Shown: piece after piece, positions 17,945 to 27,034 of the stretch | Position numbering within the stretch: position 1 is the first letter of the stretch | Layout of the letters: each line of letters begins with the position of its first letter | Assembly: GCA_024860875.1 (NCBI GenBank) | Contig: JACPSZ010000008.1 | Coordinates: forward strand, 20,106 to 84,105 | DNA length: 64,000 bases | Direction: 5' to 3' | Source: Nitrososphaerota archaeon | Lineage (GTDB): Archaea; Thermoproteota; Nitrososphaeria; Nitrososphaerales; UBA57 | The notes under the pieces: generated by a model | Databases searched by the model: none | What the model was told of the DNA's origin: nothing | Seen by the model: only the letters and a program-made list of their open reading frames with translations | Made by a program: the position numbers and the translations under genes

Positions 17945-18856
17945 ATGATTGCAATCATTGGTTCAGGCAGAGTCGGCACATCGATAGCGTTACAGTTGAT
18001 CAGCAGAGAACTTGATGACATTATTCTGGTAGACATAGTAAAAGGTCTGCCTCAAGGAGAAGCCCTTGATCTTGGACACACGGCTTCGGAGATGGGCTCG
18101 GATGTTAGTGTGAAAGGATCAAATGATCATGCAGACATAAAGGGAGCACAAATTGTAATTGTCACGGCCGGGTTAGCAAGGAAACCTGGGATGTCGAGAC
18201 TGGACCTTGCAATAAAGAACGCTGAAATCATAAAACCGATTTCATTGGAGATGAAGCGCTATGCGCCAAATTCGAAAATCCTTATGGTAACAAATCCTCT
18301 TGATGCGATGACATATGTCGCCTTCAGGACCACGGGCTTTCCTAGAAACAGAGTCTTTGGAATGGGAGGAATGTTAGACCTCTCCAGACTAAAATATGCT
18401 CTAGCATTGAAGTTGGGAATATCGAGAGCATCTATTCGAGCCCTTGTAATCGGAGAACATGGAGACAACATGGTTCCTCTGGCAAGGTATGCTTCAGTTG
18501 GAGGAATACCAATAACATCGTTATTGTCAAAGAATGATCTTGATGATGCTGCAGAAGATGCAAGGAAGATAGCCGCAGAGGTAATTGCATTAAAGGGAGC
18601 CACAAACTTCGCCCCCGGCAATGGCGTAGCTGGAATGGTTGAATCTATTACAAGAGATAGGAAGACGCTTGTCGCCGCAAGCACGTACCTTGAAGGAGAG
18701 TATGGAGTGAAAGGAATTTGCATAGGGGTGCCAGTGATACTGGGAAGCAATGGCATTGAAAAGATAGTTGAGATAGAGCTCAACGAGGATGAGAAGCGTA
18801 GATTCATGGAAGGCGTAAGAGTTCTCAAAGAAGCAGTTTCAAGCATTCCACTCTAG
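17945..18856 (+). CDS. mdh: malate (L-lactate-type) dehydrogenase
   Basis: IIGSGRVGTSIA Rossmann motif, VTNPLDAMTY, IGEHGD. Confidence 0.9.
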   Translation: MIAIIGSGRVGTSIALQLISRELDDIILVDIVKGLPQGEALDLGHTASEMGSDVSVKGSNDHADIKGAQIVIVTAGLARKPGMSRLDLAIKNAEIIKPISLEMKRYAPNSKILMVTNPLDAMTYVAFRTTGFPRNRVFGMGGMLDLSRLKYALALKLGISRASIRALVIGEHGDNMVPLARYASVGGIPITSLLSKNDLDDAAEDARKIAAEVIALKGATNFAPGNGVAGMVESITRDRKTLVAASTYLEGEYGVKGICIGVPVILGSNGIEKIVEIELNEDEKRRFMEGVRVLKEAVSSIPL

Positions 18857-19893
18857 CTGCTAGCAGAATTTCCCTTTATCTTCTTCACTTCTTCGGTAAT
18901 CAGAGGAAGAACCTTAAACAAATCTCCAACGATCCCAAAGTTGCAGAACTTGAATATTGGTGCATTTGGGTCGTTGTTAATAGCTACTATGAATTCCGAG
19001 TTTTCCATGCCTACTCTATGCTGAACAGAACCAGAAATTCCGATTGCAAAATACAGCTTTGGAGCTACGGTCTTTCCGCTCTGCCCAACCTGTCTATCCC
19101 TAGCAATCCACCCTCTTTCAACGACAGGCCTAGAAGCTCCTGGCGACGCACCGATAGCTTTTACGAATTCCTCAAAAATTGCTATGTTCTCTCTGCTTCC
19201 GAAGCCCATCCCTGCAGATGCAACGATCTGAGACTTTACAAGATCATCTGAACCTTCGATCTTAGCCTTCTCAACATTCAGAATCTTTACGCGCATATCC
19301 TCAGGCTTAAGGTCTACTTTGACCTTCTGCACTCTTACCTTAGAATCCTTGGGCTGAAGTTTCTTGAAGGCCCCTGGTCTTACAGTGACCATCTGGGGCC
19401 TTGTCTTTGTCAGTATTTCGGAGAGGTCTTTGCCTCCAAAATCTGGCCTTATCTGAACCAGTTGTTTGTTCCCATTGACCTTCAAATCTGTGCAGTCAGC
19501 AGCAAGGCCCGTCTTCAATCTGGCAGCCATTTTCGATGCTAAATCTCTGCAGTTCGGAGTTGCAGGGTAGAAAACTACGGAAGGCTTATTCTCCAAGACA
19601 ATCTTCGAGAGAACCTTAGTGTAAGCATCGGAAGTGTAGTGCCCAAGCATATCATGCTCTGCAACTATGACCTTTTCTGCTCCATATGATGCTAGAATCT
19701 TTGCAAATTCAGCTACATCCTTTCCGAGTATTACTGCGGTGATTTCTTCTTGCAGTGATTCCTTCAACTTGTGAGATGCTCCTAAAAGTTCAAGACTCGC
19801 ATCTCTAGGCTTCCCGTCTTTCATTTCAACATATACGAATACGCCCCTCCAACTCTGAATGTCAATTAGAGCGCTAGAAACTTGAGCCATCAT
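18853..19893 (-). CDS. etfA: electron transfer flavoprotein, alpha subunit
   Basis: C-terminal FAD block VGQSGKTVAPKLYFAIGISGSVQHRVGM and INNDPNAPIF. Confidence 0.9.
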   Translation of the reverse strand: MMAQVSSALIDIQSWRGVFVYVEMKDGKPRDASLELLGASHKLKESLQEEITAVILGKDVAEFAKILASYGAEKVIVAEHDMLGHYTSDAYTKVLSKIVLENKPSVVFYPATPNCRDLASKMAARLKTGLAADCTDLKVNGNKQLVQIRPDFGGKDLSEILTKTRPQMVTVRPGAFKKLQPKDSKVRVQKVKVDLKPEDMRVKILNVEKAKIEGSDDLVKSQIVASAGMGFGSRENIAIFEEFVKAIGASPGASRPVVERGWIARDRQVGQSGKTVAPKLYFAIGISGSVQHRVGMENSEFIVAINNDPNAPIFKFCNFGIVGDLFKVLPLITEEVKKIKGNSASS

Positions 19894-20699
19894 TCAACCC
19901 TCTTTACAATGAGTTTCTTTTCAGCTAGAATGTTGATGAGTTCACTCACGGATTCTTTAGGTTCTCCTGATTTTATTGTGCCACCGGGTTTAGGCGGAGG
20001 AGGATACACTTTTGCAACCCATGTTGGAGAACCCTTCAGGCCGTAAAGGCTGAGATCGCCTCCAAGTTCTGTAGCATTGACAACCCTAATCTCCTTCTTC
20101 TTAGATTTTATGATCTCTCTTAGATTTGGAAGTCTGGGCTTGTTCAGGCCCTCCATGACCGTGAGCAGAATGGGGATCGGAGCTTCGATAGTTTCAATTT
20201 GGCCTTCAACTTCCCTTCTTACGACGACCTTCTTTTCATCTGGAAAGACTTGAACATTCTTTACATATGTAAGATGTGGAATCTCTAGCTGCTCTGCAAT
20301 CTGTATTCCAGTCTGCCCCGTTTCTGCATCTATTGCCCTTCTCCCGCAAATTATAAGATCAAAATCATTGCGATACATTTTGATGGCTCTTGCTAACGTA
20401 TAAGCAGTTGCGAGCGTGTCAGCAGCTGCAAAGGTTCTGTCGCTAAGCAAAATAGCATCATCGGTTCCCATTGAAAGACACTCGAAAAGGGCGGCCTTTG
20501 CCTGCGGAGGCCCCATACTCAGAATCGTAATTCTCCCTCCGTACTTTTCCTTAATCCGTAGAGCCTCTTCGACGCCAATTCTGTCATCAGGATTGACGAT
20601 GCTAGGTACTCCTTCCCTTACCACGTTGTGCGTCAAAGGATCTATTTTGAGCTCAGCAACATCGGGAACCTGCTTAACACAGACAATAATGTTGACCAT
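19890..20699 (-). CDS. etfB: electron transfer flavoprotein, beta subunit
   Basis: IVCVKQVPD start, IICGRRAIDAETGQTG. Overlaps etfA by 4 nt. Confidence 0.9.
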   Translation of the reverse strand: MVNIIVCVKQVPDVAELKIDPLTHNVVREGVPSIVNPDDRIGVEEALRIKEKYGGRITILSMGPPQAKAALFECLSMGTDDAILLSDRTFAAADTLATAYTLARAIKMYRNDFDLIICGRRAIDAETGQTGIQIAEQLEIPHLTYVKNVQVFPDEKKVVVRREVEGQIETIEAPIPILLTVMEGLNKPRLPNLREIIKSKKKEIRVVNATELGGDLSLYGLKGSPTWVAKVYPPPPKPGGTIKSGEPKESVSELINILAEKKLIVKRVE

Positions 20700-20708
20700 A
20701 AAACCAGC

Positions 20709-20978
20709 CTAACCGAATCTGAAGCTTACACCTTTTCCTGCTGGTGGCGACATAACCTTGATCTTGTCGAATGGGCAGACAACTTCGCAGGCTCCACATT
20801 CTAGGCATCCTTCATAAGAAATGATCAATTTCCCCCCGTCCCAGTTGTAGTCATCAACAGGACATACGAATGTACAAGGCTTGAGGCTACATTCTGTGCA
20901 CTTGCTCGTGTCTACGATCAGATGGTTATCTTCGTGGACATTGAATCTGTCGAGAAATAATCTCTCTTCAAGTTTCAT
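20709..20978 (-). CDS. fixX: FixX-type ferredoxin-like protein
   Basis: 89 aa with CxxC...C...CP and CLECGAC clusters. Overlaps fixC by 4 nt. Confidence 0.85.
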   Translation of the reverse strand: MKLEERLFLDRFNVHEDNHLIVDTSKCTECSLKPCTFVCPVDDYNWDGGKLIISYEGCLECGACEVVCPFDKIKVMSPPAGKGVSFRFG

Positions 20979-22273
20979 GGTGCCATACCCCTTGCCGAAT
21001 AGGCGTCACGAATAGCTCTTAACAATCCGATCTTCTGCCTGAACTTTTTTATCGCCCTTTTATGCTTAAGGCTCTTCAATTCTCCGTTTATGTGCAACAT
21101 ATCAGCCAGAAGTTCTCCCACAAGATCAGGGTACACTCCAAAGAGCCTCGGATTTTGAATCAATTGTTTATGCGAGCTTGATTTTCTTTTCATCTCCTTC
21201 ATTGCATAGCTTTCAGCAAGCATCTTTTGATATGCCGACAATGAATTAGCAGAAAAATCGTTGTTCTTCTTTGCATGCAAAGCAGCTTTGCCAGCTATCA
21301 TGCCAGAAGCCATTGCAAGGTTTGTTCCCTCTGGGTAAGAGCATAGAAATGCTGCGTCGCCTACTATCATGACTCCGTCGCCATAGAGCCTTGGCAGTCT
21401 GCTGTACCCCGCTTCTGGTATGAGATGTGCAGAATATTCCTTCGCCTTGCCCCCAGCAATTAAAGGTTCGATCATTTGATGCGACTTGAACTCGTCGAGT
21501 AGAGTATATGGCTTCATCTGCAGCTCCATTAAATGCGAAAGCAGGATTACTACTCCAACGCTCAAACTGCTAGAGTTCGTATAAATGAAACCGCCGCCCA
21601 TCTTACCATGAGTGCATCCAATGGTCTCCATTCTTGCGCCCTCACCTTTTCTAAGATTGAATCTTGCTTCGATGGTTTCAGAAGGTAGCTCGACAACTTC
21701 TTTGACGCCAATGGCAACTTCGTCTGGATCCGGAGGGTTTCTCAAACCTGTTTTTACTGCCACGCTTGAATTGACGCCATCAGCACCGATAACGACACTT
21801 GCATAAAGTTCATTTTCTGCTCCCTGTCCTGCCCTTACCCCTACAACCTTTCCATTTTCCGTTATCACATCGTCGACCGCAACTGAATTTGCCAGCAGAA
21901 CTCCAGCCTCCTCTGCTTTTGATGCGTACCATCTATCAAATTTCGCTCTAATAGCAGTATAGCCATTGTAAGGCGCCTTGTCCTTTCCATCGACCTTGAA
22001 ACTCATCAAGAGGCCAGAGTCTTTCGCCATAACCATGAACCTGTGATCAACAATTTGCCGCTCAAGCGGAGCAGTCTCCCAGAACTTTGGAATAATTTCT
22101 TCCAAAGGCCATCGATAAAGTACTCCTCCGAAGACATTCTTAGCTCCGGGATATTCGCCTCTCTCCAGTAAAGCAACTCTCATACCTTCTTTAGCCATCG
22201 TAAGGGCTGCAGTTGTCCCAGCAGGCCCTGCACCAACGACTATAGCGTCGAACTTCTCCCCGTCAGCATGCAT
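20975..22273 (-). CDS. fixC: FixC-type FAD-dependent ETF-quinone oxidoreductase
   Basis: FDAIVVGAGPAGTTAAL dinucleotide motif, 432 aa, located upstream of fixX-etfBA. Confidence 0.85.
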   Translation of the reverse strand: MHADGEKFDAIVVGAGPAGTTAALTMAKEGMRVALLERGEYPGAKNVFGGVLYRWPLEEIIPKFWETAPLERQIVDHRFMVMAKDSGLLMSFKVDGKDKAPYNGYTAIRAKFDRWYASKAEEAGVLLANSVAVDDVITENGKVVGVRAGQGAENELYASVVIGADGVNSSVAVKTGLRNPPDPDEVAIGVKEVVELPSETIEARFNLRKGEGARMETIGCTHGKMGGGFIYTNSSSLSVGVVILLSHLMELQMKPYTLLDEFKSHQMIEPLIAGGKAKEYSAHLIPEAGYSRLPRLYGDGVMIVGDAAFLCSYPEGTNLAMASGMIAGKAALHAKKNNDFSANSLSAYQKMLAESYAMKEMKRKSSSHKQLIQNPRLFGVYPDLVGELLADMLHINGELKSLKHKRAIKKFRQKIGLLRAIRDAYSARGMAP

Positions 22274-22372
22274 TTTGCAGAGCTTAGCTATGATAGCTAT
22301 TATTCATTTCGCAGAATCTTGGGATCAATCTTTTTACTAGCTGACAAACTAATATGCTACCACCTACCTTGG

Positions 22373-24412
22373 GTGCGTGGGTTGAAACTAAAGAGCTTCC
22401 GCGTCGTGAACTACAGGAGCATAGAAGACTCTGGCGATGTCCCAGTTAACGGTTATACTGCACTGGTAGGTAAGAACGAAAGTGGAAAAACATCATGCCT
22501 AAAGGCGATTCACAAGTTCAATCCTACTCAGCCAGAACCCTTCGATGGTTTAAGAGAATTCCCGAGAAATCGTTTTCACGAATTCAAGGGCGATGAGCCA
22601 GTCGTTTCATTGACTTTTATCTTATCCGATGATGAGGTACACAAACTGGGAACCATAAACCAGAGGTTCAAGGACTCTAACATTGTAAGAATTACCAGAG
22701 ATTATGCAGGTGGCTATAAGTTTGAATTTCCCGAAATTGATAACCCACCTCACGTGACAAAAGAAATCGCAGCAAATTTGCTTGGGCAGATCAAGGAAGC
22801 TGGTTCCAGTAGTCTCGGCGGGACTCCCGCAGGCAAGCCTCTGCAAGAGCAGCTCGTTGAAGTTTTGAACAAGATCATTGCTGGAATGAGCGACACATTC
22901 GATGCGAGAGCGACAGATGAAAAAAATAATCTCATACAGCAGTTGCAAGATGTCCACTCCATGATTACGTATGCAGACACATCAGCTGATACAGCATTAG
23001 TAGTTGATGTGATTGACCAAGTTATACAAATCATAAATGGTGATACACTGCCTGAGGTTCAGGCATATCTCAGGCAGACGATGCCCAAGTTCATCTACTT
23101 CGACAACTATTCGATAATACAGAGCAGGATTCACATACCCTCTTATTTACAGAAGCTGAAGACTGGCGTTCTGACACCTGAGGATAAGACAACTCGGACA
23201 CTGTTCAGGCTGGTCAAACTGGACCCAGAGATTTTAATGAAACTCGGAAATGTTGAGGGCAAGACTCCCGAGCGGGTACAGAAGGATATTGACGAAAGGA
23301 GCGTAAGAATCAGCAGGGCAAGCATGGTTATGAGCGGAGATCTTGCTGAGATTTGGGGACAGAAGAGAAACAGAGTCGAGTTCCGATTAGATGGTGATTT
23401 TATCAGAATCTGGATTGCAGACGTGGAAGGCTCTACCATAGAACTTGAGCAGAGAGGAAAGGGATTCCAGTGGTTCTTTTCGTTCTACGCCATATTCAAT
23501 GGAGAATCTGAAGAGGGCCACAAGAATGCAGTTCTGCTGCTTGATGAGCCAGGAATGAATCTTCATGCTTCTTCTCAGGCCAGTCTGGTAAAATTTTTGA
23601 GGAAACTTTCCAAGAAGAACCAGCTGATCTATACGACTCATTCGCCCTTTATGATAGACATGGATGCCCTTGATACCGTTAGAACAGTTTCGGAGAGCAG
23701 AGGTACTGGAGCAACAGTTTCTGCAGATGCTTGGAGTAAGGACAAGGAATCACTATTTCCATTGCAGGCAGCATTGTACTACTCTGTTTCTCAGCCATTA
23801 CTTGCAGCCCAGAACAACCTTGTCGTGCAGGACATCACGGACTTTTGGTACATAGCAGGCTTCTCGGACATGTTCAGGCAGAACAATCTGGCTCATCTGA
23901 GCGACAAGGTCGTCATAACGCCTGCAGGAGGGGCGAGCAACTGTGTATTATTATCTGCGATGCTCTCGACTCACAACCAGAACGTGTGCGTGTTATTGAA
24001 TTCTGATTCGATAGGGCAGAAGGTCAAGGAGGATTTACTGAGGAGCAAGATTCTGCAACAGAGCAAGATAGTGTACATTAACCAAGTCGCTGGGAACAGG
24101 AGGGAGATGGAGTTCGAAGACCTCTTCCCAGAAGAATTCTACCTCAATTACGTTAATCGAGCATACGCCAAAGAGCTTGGGGATAATCCAATGACGCCTG
24201 CAGTGCCTCTCTCTGGGCCAACTATACGCAGTAAGATCGAGCAGTATTTGTCATTACGAGGAGCAGAGTTCCACAGGAGCAAGCCCGCACGCATAATGCT
24301 CAATGATTTACGAGATATAGAGATGAGCGATCTTCCAGAAGAGCTCGTAAAGACTCTCGAAAATCTCTTCACCAAGATAAACGAAGCTTTGCTTCCGCCA
24401 GAATCTGATTAG
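22373..24412 (+). CDS. ABC/AAA_15-type ATPase fused to a Toprim (OLD/DUF4435-like) domain
   Basis: GKNESGKTS, MPKFIYFDNY, GKGFQWFFSFY, VLLLDEPGMNLH, YTTHSPFM. The C-terminal part has LVVQDITDFWYI, VITPAGGASN, VLLNSDSIG, EFEDLFP. The likely start is GTG 22373 or TTG 22382; the tracked ATG at 22268 overlaps the fixC start. Confidence 0.75.
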   Translation: MRGLKLKSFRVVNYRSIEDSGDVPVNGYTALVGKNESGKTSCLKAIHKFNPTQPEPFDGLREFPRNRFHEFKGDEPVVSLTFILSDDEVHKLGTINQRFKDSNIVRITRDYAGGYKFEFPEIDNPPHVTKEIAANLLGQIKEAGSSSLGGTPAGKPLQEQLVEVLNKIIAGMSDTFDARATDEKNNLIQQLQDVHSMITYADTSADTALVVDVIDQVIQIINGDTLPEVQAYLRQTMPKFIYFDNYSIIQSRIHIPSYLQKLKTGVLTPEDKTTRTLFRLVKLDPEILMKLGNVEGKTPERVQKDIDERSVRISRASMVMSGDLAEIWGQKRNRVEFRLDGDFIRIWIADVEGSTIELEQRGKGFQWFFSFYAIFNGESEEGHKNAVLLLDEPGMNLHASSQASLVKFLRKLSKKNQLIYTTHSPFMIDMDALDTVRTVSESRGTGATVSADAWSKDKESLFPLQAALYYSVSQPLLAAQNNLVVQDITDFWYIAGFSDMFRQNNLAHLSDKVVITPAGGASNCVLLSAMLSTHNQNVCVLLNSDSIGQKVKEDLLRSKILQQSKIVYINQVAGNRREMEFEDLFPEEFYLNYVNRAYAKELGDNPMTPAVPLSGPTIRSKIEQYLSLRGAEFHRSKPARIMLNDLRDIEMSDLPEELVKTLENLFTKINEALLPPESD

Positions 24413-24579
24413 CTAACTAGTGTCTGTTTGGGCTTTTCGTGCTTGTGCCTGTCGCTATGGATATAGCAGAATGTTGCCCCGCACTCCCTGCAGGTAAAGT
24501 AGTATTCGTAGCCTAGCCTTCTGGCGCAGTAGCCGCATGTGGGCTTTTTCTTCTGTTTCTGTGAAGCTATATAGCTCAA
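24409..24579 (-). CDS. AN1-like zinc-finger micro-protein (56 aa)
   Basis: Below the ORF-track cutoff. TTG start. PTCGYCARRLGYEYYFTCRECGATFCYIHSDRHKHE fits C-x2-C-x11-C-x2-C-x4-C-x2-H-x5-H. Confidence 0.45.
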   Translation of the reverse strand: MSYIASQKQKKKPTCGYCARRLGYEYYFTCRECGATFCYIHSDRHKHEKPKQTLVS

Positions 24580-24765
24580 TTCTATGCCATAGGAAATTGA
24601 TGCGAAGCTTAAGCAACCAAGTCATATTAATTTCGCAATAATGTAATAACATTTCCCTAGAATATTCTAGTAGATTCTTCTATGGATAGAGTGCCTGTAA
24701 TCCACTGTGCAAAAAAGGTACCCCTCCCCCGTATATAAAGCGAGTAATGATGGAGCATTCGAATT

Positions 24766-25713
24766 CTAATGCGTTAAACCTCTAACGATCTCTAGCCAAG
24801 CTCTGGCAACGTTATCCAAGTTGTAACCCCCTCCTCCCATAGCAACTATTTTTCCCTTGCAGAACCTTTCACTTAAACTGTACAAATTTTCGGCTGCAAA
24901 CCTGTGGCATTCTGGAGAGTATTGCAAATGTGTAATCGGGTCTCCTGCCAAGCCGTCCGCCCCACACTGCAATAGTATGAGTTCTGGTTCTGCCTTCTCT
25001 GCAAACTGAATTATTTTTGCAAAGCCTTTCTTGAATTCTTCAGCCCCAGAACCAGCGGCCATGACGATATTCATCTTCCTTCCAGCAGCGTTTCCCGAGC
25101 CAATTTCATCCTCAAAGCCTGTGCCAGGGAATAATAGCTTCCCATCTTCGTGTATATCTACAATGAAGGCTTCTGGATCATTATAGAATTCGTAGAAGAC
25201 GCCGTCTCCGTGATGTGCGTCAATGTCAACGTACAGAATCCTGTCAAGTTTGTACTTTGTTTTGGCCAGCATTATCGCAATAGCAGCGTCGTTGAAGACG
25301 CAGAAGCCAGAAGCCCTGTCCCGCCAAGCATGATGTAATCCTCCAATAGGGTTGAAAGCGTTTGAAGCATTATTGGACATGACCATCCCTAAAGCTTTGA
25401 GAGTCGTCCCTACAACGTACAGCGATGCTTCATAGACGCCCTTGAATGCTGGTGTATCTCCGCGATCAAGGTAGCCCCCTCCAATTTGCGAGGCTTTCTT
25501 CACGAAGTCAACATATTCGGGTATGTGGAAAGAAAGAACATCAGATTCATAGGCCATCACAGGCTCGCATACCTGCACCTTCTCCGAATTTGCAACTCCA
25601 TCCTTGTTGACGAGCTCCCAGAACCTTTCTACCCTTTCCACTCTGAAGGGATGGCCTGCTGGGAAAGCATACCTGCGGAGGGCTTCTCCATAAAACAGTG
25701 CAAACTTCTGCAT
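24766..25713 (-). CDS. histone deacetylase / AcuC-family deacetylase
   Basis: GGLHHAWRDRASGFCVFND and DIDAHHGDG motifs. Confidence 0.85.
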   Translation of the reverse strand: MQKFALFYGEALRRYAFPAGHPFRVERVERFWELVNKDGVANSEKVQVCEPVMAYESDVLSFHIPEYVDFVKKASQIGGGYLDRGDTPAFKGVYEASLYVVGTTLKALGMVMSNNASNAFNPIGGLHHAWRDRASGFCVFNDAAIAIMLAKTKYKLDRILYVDIDAHHGDGVFYEFYNDPEAFIVDIHEDGKLLFPGTGFEDEIGSGNAAGRKMNIVMAAGSGAEEFKKGFAKIIQFAEKAEPELILLQCGADGLAGDPITHLQYSPECHRFAAENLYSLSERFCKGKIVAMGGGGYNLDNVARAWLEIVRGLTH

Positions 25714-25726
25714 CGGTAGAGAAACT

Positions 25727-26251
25727 TCAATATGAATAATTAAAGATGCGATCTACCGCATCCCTTCCGAGAACAACTATCATCGGTTCTTTGCCCCAGT
25801 CCCCTCCATGGTAAATTAGGTCTGGAACTTTGCCAGCTTTTTTGATCGCTTGCTCTGCACCCCAAGTTGTGCTTCTTCCTTCCTGCATCTTGATCTCCTT
25901 TGGCTCCTTCCTCCTGTCGTATGACGAAACTGCAAACTTTGCCTTTGCAATTTTAATTAGTGATTTATCGTACTTAATGTTCATCGCAGAACGCATTTCT
26001 GCATTATATTTCATGGCTACCAAAACCATCTTTGCTACGTGTGAAGAAGCGCCAAAAGCTGGCACGGCAGACGCATGGCCTCTATTTCCGATCTTGACTA
26101 TTCTGCCAGGGATTGCTGCAATGTCTTCGATGCTCTTTGCTTCAGGAAGAGCCATTGCAATATTAGATTGTGATTCAGGTATCAGATAAGCAAAATTGCT
26201 GCTCGCTTCGATGGACTCTATAGTCTTCTGGATACTTGAAAGTACTTGCAC
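25727..26251 (-). CDS. thiN: thiamine-phosphate synthase, ThiN type
   Basis: [13 protein letters not shown]...AAIPGRIVKIGN...FGASSHVAKMVL...MNIKYD, paralogous to the C-terminal domain of the protein at 28158-29102. GTG start, overlapping the thiD 3' end. Confidence 0.7.
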   Translation of the reverse strand: MQVLSSIQKTIESIEASSNFAYLIPESQSNIAMALPEAKSIEDIAAIPGRIVKIGNRGHASAVPAFGASSHVAKMVLVAMKYNAEMRSAMNIKYDKSLIKIAKAKFAVSSYDRRKEPKEIKMQEGRSTTWGAEQAIKKAGKVPDLIYHGGDWGKEPMIVVLGRDAVDRIFNYSY

Positions 26252-27026
26252 CTTCTGAGCATACGGGCCCGTGTCCCTTGCCTATCCGCAGTCCGAGCTC
26301 TATTGCTCTTGTAACGAACTTCTTGGCAATTCTGACTGACTCTTCAACGCTTTTGCCTTTAGCTAGATTTGCAGTTATAGCTGCAGAGAAACAGCAGCCT
26401 GTCCCATGTGTAACTCTGCTCTTAACCCACTGTGCCTCAACTCTCAAAGTTTTGTTTTTCATAACAAGTGTATCAATAGCGCGGTTCTCAACGGGCATGT
26501 GCCCTCCCTTTACTACTACTGCTTCTGCACCCATCTTCAGTATCTTATTTCCAGCCCTCTCCGCATCCTCCAAGCTTCTGATTTTGAAACCAGACAGAAC
26601 TTCGGCTTCGGGTATGTTCGGTGTGACAACGGTTGCGAGCGGAATGATCTTTGAAATTAATACGTTTCTAGCTTGAGGGAGCAGAAGGGAAGAGCCGCTC
26701 TTCGCTATCATTACAGGATCAACTACTAGAGGGAATTCGTACCTCTTAACTTCAGATGCTACAGTATTGATGATGCTGCTCGTGTGTAGCATGCCCGTCT
26801 TCGCAGCGTCTACTCCAATGTCATTTGCAACGGCCCTAATTTGAGCACGTATTATTTCTGGGCTAACATCCATAATCTTTGTGACTTCTTCTGTGTTCTG
26901 AGCGGTTATCGAAGTTATCGCGCTCATACCATGAACCCCAAACGCTGCAAAGGTCTTCAGATCGGCTTGTATCCCTGCACCCCCTCCCGAATCTGAACCA
27001 GCAATGGTTAGAGCCCTATTGATCAA
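26175..27026 (-). CDS. thiD: hydroxymethylpyrimidine/phosphomethylpyrimidine kinase
   Basis: [46 protein letters not shown]. Confidence 0.9.
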   Translation of the reverse strand: MINRALTIAGSDSGGGAGIQADLKTFAAFGVHGMSAITSITAQNTEEVTKIMDVSPEIIRAQIRAVANDIGVDAAKTGMLHTSSIINTVASEVKRYEFPLVVDPVMIAKSGSSLLLPQARNVLISKIIPLATVVTPNIPEAEVLSGFKIRSLEDAERAGNKILKMGAEAVVVKGGHMPVENRAIDTLVMKNKTLRVEAQWVKSRVTHGTGCCFSAAITANLAKGKSVEESVRIAKKFVTRAIELGLRIGKGHGPVCSEGASTFKYPEDYRVHRSEQQFCLSDT

Positions 27027-27034
27027 CTTGACAC

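Noticed and set aside
18259-18846. 195-aa minus-strand ORF opposite mdh.
   Set aside because: It is fully nested antisense to a well-supported dehydrogenase gene, with a Ser/Pro/Ile-rich non-protein-like composition.
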